This document shows, piece after piece, positions 40,962 to 58,078 of a DNA stretch of 64,000 bases. Where the stretch lies: positions 1,426,001-1,490,000 of the forward strand of contig CM022675.1 in NCBI GenBank assembly GCA_012295275.1, in the 5' to 3' direction. How positions within the stretch are numbered: the stretch's first letter is position 1; every line of letters starts with the position of its first letter. The notes beneath the pieces are model-generated. The model saw only the letters and a list, made by a program, of their open reading frames with translations, was not told the origin of the DNA and made no database searches. The DNA comes from Chrysomallon squamiferum. Its lineage: Eukaryota; Animalia; Mollusca. Made by a program: the position numbers and the translations under genes.

Positions 40962-43233
40962 TAATTAAAAATAATGTCGCAGTAGTGGCCATATTAATTG
41001 TATAATTATTTGCTTGCTTCTTTATGTTTTATTCCTTTGTTTATTTAATGTTTGTTTAATTACTGATTTCTCTTTATTTCTACATTTCTGATTATATTCC
41101 CAAGTTGCAGTCATTCACTCTAAATTGTTTAGAAACGGTGTTCTTTTTTGTTGTTGTTTTTTTAATAACAACACAACAACAACAAGAAGAAAACGACGAT
41201 ACTAATGGCAGCAAGAGAATGCTGACGTAACTTGGTTACCAAAGACTACGTATTACTGTTACCTGATGATAAAATTTGTTGCACATTATTACACGATCAT
41301 AATATTTCTTAAATATTACTTCACTGTGATAATATTTGTTACACGTCACCTAACCAAAATGGAAGCGATTTCTGACATGTTTCCATGTCTTATGACGTAA
41401 GTTTGTGTAATGACACCTGCGAATTTTTAATAAATAAAATAGTATAACTTTCAAAACTGATGTTGCTCGTGCAAACCGGAAGCTTTCCAAATCTCTTCAC
41501 AATGTGTTTCATTTTCAGCAACTTAGCGATAAATTTAAATTTGAAAGTGCAGAAGACCGCCGAATAGAATGTATTTTAATTTTAATTTTGTTTTAAACAT
41601 TGACTTAGTATTATTTTTACCAGGGGTAAACATAGGGATTGTATATGAAACAAAACATAAATATAGTTTCTTCAGATTAAAAAAGGAGAATGTTTTTATT
41701 CTGATATACTTCTTACAGGGCTTCCTCACGTAAAAAGCAATTCATCAGATTATGTCACTAACACACCCACACCCATTCAAACACACACACCTCCAAACAC
41801 ACCCACATACCCCCAAGACATACCCCTCCAACCCCCCAAATACCCCCACATGTCCCACACAGACCAGTATTCTTCGTCCTGAATACGTTTTAAGTCTGCA
41901 TATCTAAAATGAGCTGTCAGACTGGTACAAGAAAACAAAACAAAACTCATCCAATCATTTTGCTACAAGCTTTATTCAAGTTATTGCGGATATAAAGATG
42001 AAAAAAGAAAGAAGAAAAAAGAGGTTCATTAATATATTGTAGTTAAAACCAAATGTAAAGCAAATATAAAATAAAATAATAATAATTAAAAACAAAAAAA
42101 AACAAAAACAAAAAAACCCAACTAAATTTAATGAAATATATTCAGTAAATTTTAGTAGAAAAAAATAACAATAAATAACTAATAAATAAAAGAAATAAAC
42201 AATGAAAAGAGGTATCGGTAAGTAAGTAAGTAAGTAAATAAATAAATAAATAAATGAGAAATAAAACTATGATGGATGCCAATAAAGCGAAAGAAGACAA
42301 AAAGTAAGATTCCGAATAAATACATAAACAATTATTTAAGGCAACCCAAACCATTGTAAAAGCATAATAAAATCAGTTTAATATTTTCAGTTACTAAGCA
42401 GTAATAATATCAATAAAAATTCCAACACCAACAACTAACTTTAAGTGCATTTGGAAATGTTCTGATAATGTATTATTATATGATATAACGTAAATAACAG
42501 AACAAAGTAAATTTAGGGAAAAAAGGAAAATTTAAAAAATAATAATAATAGAAAAGTTGTTTATGTTTTTAATTTAAAATTATAATTTAAAATTGTTCTT
42601 ATTCTTCTTCTTTTCATCATTTTCTTCTTATAATAATAAAAATTATAGTTTTTGTTATTGTTGTTTTTGTTGTTGTTATTATTATTATTAATAGTAGTAT
42701 TTAGCATTTTTTACCATGTTGCACTTGATTTCTAAATATTTGCAACTAGAAATTTTCAGCTGACTTATTTATTTATGTTACAAAAAACTTTTAACGTATT
42801 ATTTTTGTTTTCATAATCAGGTATATTACATGTCTGAATACTAAATATTATATATTTATATTATATATGACACATACGAGGAAGGAAGAAGAAGAAACGA
42901 AAAACAAACAAAAACAAACAAAGAAACAAAAAAACAAGAACAAAGAGACAAAGACAAAAACAAAATCAGAACATTACGAAGTTGTGTCCAATGTCATAGA
43001 AGTAATGATGTATACTTATTTAAAATTTCCGTAAAGCAAACAAATTAACAATAGCTCGATAAATGAGAATAAAATAAAGAATAACACTGAAAACAGTAAT
43101 AATTACGAAAGAGTTATAAGCTTAGTCAAATGTTTTAAAGCAAAAATAATTTAAGTGAAAAGCTATATAAAATTCAAAAGAGTTTTTTAACTTCAGTTTG
43201 CTACTACAGTATGTGAAATGTTTGTCAGGTTAA

Positions 43234-48087
<4,854 letters not shown>

Positions 48088-48287
48088 NNNNNNNNNNNNN
48101 NNNNNNNNNNNNNNNNNNNNNNNNNNNNNNNNNNNNNNNNNNNNNNNNNNNNNNNNNNNNNNNNNNNNNNNNNNNNNNNNNNNNNNNNNNNNNNNNNNNN
48201 NNNNNNNNNNNNNNNNNNNNNNNNNNNNNNNNNNNNNNNNNNNNNNNNNNNNNNNNNNNNNNNNNNNNNNNNNNNNNNNNNNNNNNN
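48088..48287. other. Assembly gap (200 N)
   Basis: Joins mid-exon G3 to the 3' flank of G4. Confidence 0.95.
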
Positions 48288-48423
48288 AATAAATAAATAA
48301 ATAAATAAAGAAAATAAGAAAAAAAAAAGGAAAAAAGTAAATGAAATAAAAATAATGAAAAAGTCATAATTACTTAAAATCTTTTAGTTTGCTACTACAG
48401 TGACATGAACCATATTTGTCAGG

Positions 48424-48567
48424 TCAACTAAATTTGTTGACATCTTCATTCTTCTGGTTTGACCTTTTTTTCTTCAGGAAGACGATCACAACAATCCCGA
48501 TGACAAGTGAGAAGATCATCACCATGACAACACAGAGAACAATCAGAATCGTGGTGCTGACATTAAC
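48424..48567 (-). pseudogene. G4 orphan TM exon remnant
   Basis: [47 protein letters not shown], preceded in frame by TAA TAA; normal ttctag acceptor absent. Confidence 0.7.
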
Positions 48568-48952
48568 TTATTATTCAGGAATAATAAGAAAAAAGTTGTA
48601 AGCAAATTAGCGGGTTTAGAAACAGAAAATTGGAAATTGCAACTTTTAGCTTTAGACAGTTTCACCAATTTATCCTTTCCTAGCATGCGTATCTTACTGT
48701 AAGTGTGTTTGTTAGTTGTATTTTCACAAATTCATCTTTGTTATTTCGTAGTAACCAAATTGTTTTGTCAGTTATTTGATCAGCTTTGTCTGGTATTAAA
48801 TTGACTATCAGCTACCGTTCTTAGTCCTTTTCTCATTCCAGGGCCTGACTGGATTTACATTTCAGGGGAGATAAACATTAACAGGGCTGTCTTACAGATA
48901 CTATGTGAAGAAAATTGAGCGTATTATTAATATTATTATTATTAGTAGTAGT

Positions 48953-48984
<32 letters not shown>

Positions 48985-50168
48985 TTTTTTAACAAATTAT
49001 TTGAGGACAATACGAAAAATGTATTTAACAAATTCTTAGGTTTTGAAATTAGCAAAGTTCAAGCTGTAACTTAATATTTAAATATATTTATTCTCTCTTA
49101 TAGCATTCTATCAATTTCAAATTATGATATATTTAGATATGTTCATTCTTTCTTGTAACATTCTATCAATTTCAAACTATGATTTATATTAAAATATATT
49201 CGAATTGTTTCCTTCGATAAGACTGACATTGCGTCTTTAAGTATGTATGTAATTGTTTTTTGACAACAACAAAAAGTTGTCCGTTGTTTTGTGTCAGTTT
49301 TCTCCCCGTTTTTTCTGCCTATTAATTTAAGTACGAGTTATCATTCTTTGTCTTTTTGTCATATTAAAGGTTGAAAGAGATTTATATTTCAGGGGAGATA
49401 ACTTGCTATGTTTAACACTCTTCTTTCCCATTATAATAGTAAACTATCGCCTTTTTTTCCTTTGTTTTCAAATTGTATCTAAAAAAATGTATCTAATAAC
49501 TACTATTATAATATAATAATAACCAGTGTGACAATTATGTTCACTTTTATCACTGACAGTCACATAGACATCATTCTGTGATGTGCATATTTTAAGCTGA
49601 CAGAATAAAACACTTAAAATAAAATTACTAAAACTAATCTAACAGTTTAGAAGAAAATATTGTAACTTACTGGTTCACAGAGAGATTTTTGATCTGCAGG
49701 ACAAACTTTGACAGAACATTCTGTAGAGACTGCGTTGTTTCTGTTAAAGGTGAAAGCTTTCAACTTGAATGTGACGTTGTTTCCCGATCGTTCAGGTTTC
49801 TGCATCATTAGTTTACCGATCTCAGACGATGGGCAACTGAATAAAATCAAATATCAAATAGCATTTCTCTTTAGTTTTCTCGATCTGAATAAACTCAAGT
49901 TTTTTTTCAGAAAAAAAATCGCTTATTTCAGCTTTTAGAAGTTATAAAGTTATTTATTCCATAATAATTAGTCTGCAGTTCGGTTGTTTATCAAGAGGTA
50001 ACTAATATATGTAAAATATAATTATGTGAATCAAGCATGTATCTAGATTCTTGAAATAAAAATAAATAAAAACAATACTGCTACTACTACTACTAGTAAT
50101 AATAACAGTATATGTTTATAAATTCATAAATACAATAAAAATGCAAAATTAAAATAATAATAATAATA

Positions 50169-50202
<34 letters not shown>

Positions 50203-51372
50203 CGCTCAGTATTTTCTAGTGCTTCTCGGAGGCGACTGAAAATCCATGTTCATCAGTTCTGTGCTAAACAAGTATAAGTATATAAAACAACTGTTAAAAT
50301 AAAAGTTTACCTGTCTTCAATGATTTTCAAAGATTCAGCATCTTCTCCAGTTTTCTGATTATCAGCAGTGCATGACTCCACCCTTATAGTTCCTGATTCT
50401 GGCTCTGTTTAAAATAAATTGCAATATTCGTGTTTACAGATGTTGCTATCTCAAACAAAATTATATTGTTTGCAAGGAGTTATAGTGAAGATTATGCTAA
50501 GAGTTGGGAATTAAATGTGATCTTTTCTAATATTTTTATCAGCATAATTTAAATAAATAAATAAATACATAAATAAATAATTAAATAATTTCATAGAACT
50601 TTAAGAATAATTACAAGCGTTAATGATAATAACAGCACATATTTAGAGACAAACATTTCTTTGGAAAGTACAGAGTAGCATTCCTTTAGAACTCTGTGGA
50701 TGATAATAATACGGATAATTATATAATTAAACTGTACTTAAAAATGGAAGATACATTCTGAAAGAAAAAGTCATTTAATACAATATTTATTCTGCATCTG
50801 TGTCTATATGTGCGCTTGACATTATTTTTCATTTTTATATTTTTTTTTGTTTTATTATTCTATTATTTTTATTTGTATTCGTATTTTTTTATATAGTTAT
50901 TTATCTGTTCATCTATTTATCTTTTACAAGAAATAAGAAGAAGAAAAAAGAAGAAATTACTATTACTGCTACTACTACTACTTCTTCTACTACTAATCCT
51001 ATTTATTACTAGTACCACTACTACTACTACTACTACTATTATTATTACGACTACTACTACTACAACTAATAATAATAATAATAATACAATATCAATAACA
51101 GTAAATAAATAATGGGTGCACATATGTTTAAAACACATCGTTTTTTTAAGACGTTATATATTTTCAGCTGTTTTCGTAGATTGGGAGTGTTAATTTTCTT
51201 AATCATACAGTTCAAATGACAGGTCTGCAATACATATATTATTATAACTCTTAGACCTACTCATAGCAGTAGTAGTACTAGCACAACTGTTTATTTATTT
51301 ATATATTTTATTTATTTATTTATGTATGTATTTATTTATTTATTTTAATTTTTATTTTTATTTTTATTTTTA

Positions 51373-51403
<31 letters not shown>

Positions 51404-52891
51404 TTTGTATTTTGTGCTCATGGAAAACAGTAGCTGATATTTCTTAAACAAAAATATTATGAACAACAGCTGAAAACAGGCATAAAACTAGTAAAACTAC
51501 AAACTAATTAAAAGTGGCTGAGAGTTACCTGCACATATCACACCAGCATCTTGATCGTGGTAACAGTAAAAGTTGCCCCATTGAAAATGACACTGTTCAA
51601 GACTCGTTTCATTTCCCAAACAGTGAATATCACGCGGAAAGATAGGTCCTGATCCTTTTCCAAAATAAGCACTACTAATAGCCGTTGCATTTGATCTGTA
51701 AAACATGGAATGAGTCATTTGAAAATATATTTCTTAACTGTCATTACATTTATAATAATCGTTCTTACAATGATGTAGTGAATAGTTTAGTGTCTTACGT
51801 AATCAAACAGCTATCATAATAATCATGATTAACAAAGTAGTTGCAACTATTATAATAATCATCATTAGTAATTTCGAAAAGAAAGAGATATGTGTCCTAA
51901 AAGTAATACCAAAAAGAATAATAAAATCTAAATACAAAATCGAGTCTACTATTCATAATTATTATCAATATGTTATTCCACTTATGCTAGCTTTCTGAAA
52001 TAAACAATATTATAAATAACTTAGTAACAACAGTTAACTTTCTTAATAAAACAAAACACTCTCCTGTAAAATAGTTATTATTATTAATAACTTACTTCGT
52101 AAAACCCAGCATTCTGCAGTAAACAGCTGTTATAATACTCATTATTAATAACTTAGTTAGTAAAACCCAGTATTCTGCAGAAAACATCTGTTATAATAAT
52201 CATTGTTAATAGCTTACTTAGTGAAACCCAGCATTCTGCAGTAAACATCTGTTATAATAATCATTGTTAATAACTTACCTAGTGAAACCCAGCATTCTGC
52301 AGTAAACAGCTGCGTTGTAATCAGTATGATATTTATCACAGACTGTGCCCCACATTCCAAGATATTTAATCTCTACTCGACCTTCTCGTTCTGAACTGCC
52401 ATTCATCAGGCGAATTTCAGTTTCTGCTTTATCCTCTGCAGTAAGAAACAAAAGCCTATAACAAACTAAAATTTCTTGTCATCTCACAGATACACACAGT
52501 TTTTCACTTACATTTTATCACATTATTAATTTCCTTGTGTTTTGTCTCTAATACAATGAATGTTATTTTGTATAGAAGAAATCATTAAACATGTGGTAGA
52601 GGTTTAGTGACTGCTGTCTAAAATACATTACCTGAACACAGCAGGGCTGTGTACTTTTCATGACCATCGTTTTCACTATATGTAATGTGACACTCATTCA
52701 TGTTCTTTTCCAGTCCTGAACATCGGACACGTGATGTCCAAATGTTTTTGTTTGTTGACCTAAGATTATGCTCACGTTCACTCAGTAATATTGCTTTATA
52801 ACTTCTTTAAATAAATATATAAAAAGTACATCAATTTAAATAGAGTAATTATGTCAGTTTTTATATCAGTTTAAATGTTATATGGATGTCA

Positions 52892-52956
<65 letters not shown>

Positions 52957-55221
52957 GCTTTATTAGCATTAGTACATGGTTTCAAGTGTTATTTGACTGA
53001 TTTAATATTACATTCTGTTTCTACTTACTCGTTATATCCAAGTGTTCTGCACATAACTTTTGCATCCGCGGGAGAAGGACTCGAGTCATACATTCTGCCC
53101 CACACATTGTTTATTTTCACTTCAACTACTCCGTAGTTCCTGATTGGACCACCAACTAATCGTAATTCAATGTTTGATATGTCCACTACACAATAAACAT
53201 AAAACATAAAATCAATGCATTCTCTTTTTTTTGTATATTTCACGTATACAGACCTTATTATTATTTTTTATTATTTATTTATTTTTTTATTTATTTTGGA
53301 ATCTGCAGTAAACAAATGTAACTCTTATAATAAGAGTGTACTCTGTAGTTGGATGTTGATATGTTTTTCGTAGTGCCTGAACTTGACAATATGACAGGAT
53401 GATAAAAGTAATATAAGAACATTAAGTTTTCTTCTATTCTAAACTGTTTTCTCTATATAAGTCGCTAGTGTTATTCGATAAAGATTGGACAGTAACCGAA
53501 ATTGACAGTGTTAACATTAATACCTGAACACTTAATATGTACAGATTGACATTCACTCTGTTCATTCCGAAGTTTGAGAAGAGACAAATGCAGAGCAGGT
53601 TCATAACCAGCGCTGAAATACTGATACTTCCATATATTTCCAGTAACTGTTTCAGTATTAACATAGATTTCTGATCTGTGAAGAAACGCAGTCAAAATAA
53701 AAATAAAAGTAAAATGTTATTCAAAAATATATCTCAGTGGTAGGACATTATAAATGTTGAAATTTATATCAATATATTTTCTATGTATATTTAAACGTTT
53801 CTATGTGGCCTTGTGCGTATGTATATATTTACGATAACATTAGTACTACTACTATTATTACTACTATACTACTGCTGCTACTACTACTACTACAACTACC
53901 ACTAATTATTATTTTTATTATTATTATCACTATTATTATTATTACTATTATTATTATTATTATGTTTGCATTTAAAAAGACGTACTAACTTTGCATAACC
54001 CATTTGCCGGCAAACAACGTCAGCGTTTATTCTCTCAAGGTCGTCTGTGTTACACACTGTATTCCATTTTTCATCATCAAATACTTCAAGGTTTCCTTCT
54101 TGTTTGCTGTTTCCACCGACCAGTCTCAGTTTGTACGGTGCAGGGTCTTCTGTTATAGTAGAACAAAACACAAAGTTTATTCTTCATCAATGAAGAGCCA
54201 CAACAACAATTATGATGATAATTATGATAACAGTGATGATGATGATGATATTGATGAAGATGATGATAGTAAGATTTCTATACCGTCACATATAATTCCA
54301 ATATCTTCTCCAGTGCAGCCATCACCACAGTCAATAATCTCCCAGCTAAAGCAATCATCTACGTCCATTTCAAATCCATAACACACTAAATCACCTTCCC
54401 AAATTTGTCCAGTTCCTTCTGGGAAGAATCCTTTACCACGTGGCAGACCAAACGCACTGTAGGACAGAAACTGAATTGTAACAGCAGTGTTAACACACAC
54501 ATATACACGATATTATTTTTATGTAGTTATTAATTCATTTATTTATGTATTCTTTATTTTTTTGTTGTATTACTTCTTTACACACACACACAAACACGGA
54601 CTTCGAAAGGTAGAAATACAGCAAGAAACAGAACTATTTGCTATCAACTTACTTCTTGAATCCGAGAGTTCTACAAACTGTAGTAGCCTCATAGTAGGAG
54701 AAATCATCAGGCTGCAGTCTGCCCCATTTACCATTGTACAGAACTTCTACTCGACCTTCTTTAGTTGTGTTACCATCAACTAGGCGAAATTTCACTTTAT
54801 AATAAAATAGTAAACATTAATAATAATTCAAAGGACATTCCCAAGCATTCGTTAGGAACTGTTTGCGAGTAGTTTGAAAATGAGAAAGTCGACAGTCTAA
54901 AGTCAAGACTAAAAACTGAAACAATTCAGCAACATAAAGTAAATAATTAAAGTCTGTAGTTATAATGCCGTACATATTTGTTACCTGGTTCAATGTTGGC
55001 AACCTTTTCTACTAGCTCTTCTGTCAAATCTGAGAATAAAAATAAACTAAGTGAATAAATAAGTAATAAAGCTAAAGCTCCAAAAAAAAAAAAAAAAAAA
55101 AAGAATAAAAGAGAAAAAAGCACTCGATGACGCGAAATCAGAATTAATTAATGACAGCTATTATTAATATTATTATTATTATTATTATTACTACTACTAC
55201 TATTGTTATTATTATTATTAC

Positions 55222-55270
<49 letters not shown>

Positions 55271-55692
55271 TCAATGAAGAAAACGTGGGAAACAACAAGT
55301 TGCTCCTACTTGTAGAAAACTCAAATGTAAGTTCTTCATCTAAAGATACAGCTCCTGATTCTGAAACTGAAGACCCGTCTTTGAGGCTGATGTTGAACTG
55401 GACAAGCGAGGAGTCTATTGAGTTGACTGTGTTTGTGGTATTCAGTGTGTCTCTGTAAAATAACATCAAGAGGTATCCCAGATGTCCAAACTGTCCACCA
55501 TTTTAATAATTTTATACAAATTGCCATTCCCCTTTTTTATGTGTAATATCCCAAAGTAAAATATTGATACTTGAAATGGAATGTTGAATGTATTAAGTTC
55601 ATCTTCACGGAAATGTTAATTCAGTACTAACCACAATTGTAAGTAAAGTTATAGACATTCCAGGAAAGAAAGAAAAATATAATAATAATAAT

Positions 55693-55726
<34 letters not shown>

Positions 55727-56404
55727 TTTATAACGAACCTTTCAGTTTCTTTGGTTGTTATCACTTTGGTGACAGTCACGGTTATGTCATCGTTGTTTTT
55801 TCCACTACAAGTGACAGAGACTTTTGTGTCGAGGTTTGTCATATACTTTTCACTGAACTGAATGATCACATCTCGAGTTCGACCTCCATTTACCTTAAGA
55901 GCGAGTCAGAGTTACACAAGTTATGTTCAGTCAATGTCTAATACCACGTTGTACAAAGATAACAACAAATATTTTAAAACGATTTTAATACGACTTTGTA
56001 CAAAGATAAAAACAAATATTATAATTCTACAAATAACCGAATGTTAAAATCTGTTTTATTTAAACAATTTATGGAAGTAGCTAAGTATTTAAACATATTT
56101 CATTTAGAAAAAGCAATAAAAATAAGGAAAATACGAAGTATAAAAATAATAAAAAGAACTGACCGGAGTCACTCCTCCACATTCACTATCCTTAACATTC
56201 AGAACCACGCCCTGCTTTCCCGAGGGTAGATCTGATGACGTGAATTTGCAACTAGGCGCGTCTTTTCCACCTTTAGCATAGACGACACCATTGAATGTTC
56301 CAGAAGGATAAATCACAATCAACATAGAACTTTTCTGACACGAAACATCATCTGCAAATTGTAAGATTAGTATTTGTTAGCAGGAATAATCATGATGATT
56401 GTGA

Positions 56405-56454
<50 letters not shown>

Positions 56455-57553
56455 ATAATAATAAACATTGAATATAAAAGAAAGCGTATTTGACATCAAA
56501 TAATATAATTAAGCTTCCTTTCAGATTAATTTAAATGAAAAAATGAATCTGACAGCATAATTTCTGTGAGACAGTTTAAATCTGTTATAAGCTTGAATAT
56601 TATCTTACTACTATATCTTTTGTTATTTATTTATTTATTTTGTATTACTGGCAGGTGAAAAGTTTATTAAATAACAGTAATCTCAGTTAATATAAACGCA
56701 TACACACATATATATATATAATGAATGAGCATACTGAAAACAATTGGATTGTCATCTTCCCTTCATTGCCACGATATAAAAATAAGTATTATTTTGTTAA
56801 GTAGAATGAATTACTCACATCTTTTGTTTTCACAGTGGTCACCATAGAAACCAGGTGGACAGAAACACGCCTTGTTTCCATTATCATTGTAACAGATACC
56901 TCCATCAGAACCACAAGAGTCAGTCTGATTGGTACATGGACTTGAACCACTCAAACCTGAAAACACAAATTTCGTATCTGTCATGATATAAAGATAAAGT
57001 AAATAAACCAAAAATCTACCTATATCGTCTTGCTTTTTTTGATGATATCACTGCAGTTACCCACACTTGACATATTAGAATTACAATACTGACTTTTCTC
57101 CAGCTCACAGTTGTAGCCAGTGTAGTCATTTCCACAGTCACAGGTGCCGTCATTTTGACAAGTTTTATTATTAGCACAATCCTGACCCTGTCGTCTGCAG
57201 TCGAAGTACTCTTCACCTGTAAACAAGTACAACATTTTAACATAGGATAACTTTCATAACTGAAAATTGTTATTGAATAAAAAAAAATAAAAAAAAATAT
57301 ATGTGACAGATTTTACTTTAAATTGCAATAGAGGTAGTAGGAATAATAATAATAATAAAATTTAAGAGAATATACGTTAGGAAGAATAATGTTTTGACCA
57401 GTATAAAATAAAGAAAGCAGCATATCGAAATTATACAGTCATCAACATTTTTGTTTCAAATTTTATTTATTTATTTATTTAGAAATATTAATCATTTTTT
57501 TATATTTTTAATGTGAATTATATAGTTTTTAAAATGATTTCACTGTTCAGATG

Positions 57554-57585
<32 letters not shown>

Positions 57586-57878
57586 CGTATTTAATTACTG
57601 AAGTCGTCTTGTTCTTAACACTATTTAACCATGTAAACCAAAACAAATATATATCATCATTTAAAGGAATTGTTTCTAAAATATTAATGTTATAATTTGA
57701 ATGATGTATTTTTTTTAAATATTTTGTTCCACTGTTTGAACTATGTATATTCAATTTCTTCTTCTTTTTGTGACAACAAACACATACAATATTTCTATAA
57801 AGAAACAGAGACGAAAATAAAGTTACCTAGAGTGATGGAACAACTTAGCAGTAGCAGATAGACGAAAGATATCCACAT
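48424..57878 (-). CDS. G4: most divergent paralogue; signal peptide, 2 intact EGF, ZP-N, 4 SRCR inside ZP-C; furin exon not found and TM exon lacks its acceptor
   Basis: Exons 57878-57827, 57216-57094, 56956-56819, 56351-56164, 55893-55739, 55452-55310, 55029-54985, 54794-54653, 54456-54284, 54149-53990, 53675-53524, 53185-53029, 52804-52632, 52435-52279, 51695-51529, 50404-50311, 49836-49671 (795 open codons); TM remnant about 48567-48424. Confidence 0.87.
49671..49836 (-). CDS. G4 ZP-C exon b
   Basis: [55 protein letters not shown]. Confidence 0.88.
50311..50404 (-). CDS. G4 ZP-C exon a
   Basis: [30 protein letters not shown]. Confidence 0.86.
51529..51695 (-). CDS. G4 SRCR4 second half
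   Basis: [55 protein letters not shown]. Confidence 0.9.
52085..52311. repeat. About 61-bp tandem repeat (4 units) made from the SRCR4a exon end plus its donor site
   Basis: Unit taacttac-t-agtgaaacccagcattctgcagtaaacatctgttataataatcattg; 3 units in G1 (about 3395-3555), 2 in G2 and G3. Confidence 0.85.
52279..52435 (-). CDS. G4 SRCR4 first half
   Basis: [51 protein letters not shown]. Confidence 0.9.
52632..52804 (-). CDS. G4 SRCR3 second half
   Basis: [57 protein letters not shown]. Confidence 0.86.
53029..53185 (-). CDS. G4 SRCR3 first half
   Basis: [51 protein letters not shown]. Confidence 0.9.
53524..53675 (-). CDS. G4 SRCR2 second half
   Basis: [50 protein letters not shown]. Confidence 0.85.
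53990..54149 (-). CDS. G4 SRCR2 first half
   Basis: [52 protein letters not shown]. Confidence 0.9.
54284..54456 (-). CDS. G4 SRCR1 second half
   Basis: [57 protein letters not shown]. Confidence 0.88.
54653..54794 (-). CDS. G4 SRCR1 first half
   Basis: [46 protein letters not shown]. Confidence 0.9.
54985..55029 (-). CDS. G4 45-nt linker mini-exon
   Basis: tctcag|AT..CCAG|gtaac; [14 protein letters not shown]. Confidence 0.75.
55310..55452 (-). CDS. G4 ZP linker, IHP and first ZP-C strand
   Basis: [47 protein letters not shown]. Confidence 0.87.
55739..55893 (-). CDS. G4 ZP-N exon b
   Basis: [51 protein letters not shown]. Confidence 0.87.
56164..56351 (-). CDS. G4 ZP-N exon a
   Basis: [36 protein letters not shown]...[10 protein letters not shown]. 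Confidence 0.9.
56819..56956 (-). CDS. G4 EGF2 exon (intact)
   Basis: [45 protein letters not shown]. Confidence 0.9.
57094..57216 (-). CDS. G4 EGF1 exon
   Basis: [40 protein letters not shown]. Confidence 0.9.
57827..57878 (-). CDS. G4 signal-peptide exon (proximal copy)
   Basis: [17 protein letters not shown] then G|gtaact. Confidence 0.82.
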
Positions 57879-58078
57879 ATTTACTTTATACTGAAAAGAA
57901 GATTAAATAAATAAACAAACAAACAAAGAAACAAAGAAATTAATAAATTAATAAACTCATCACCTGTAAACAAGTACAACATTTTAACATAGGATAACTT
58001 TCATGACTGAAAATTGTTATTAAATAAAAGAAAAACAAAAATATATATATTGTGATATATTTTAGTTTAAATTCCAAT

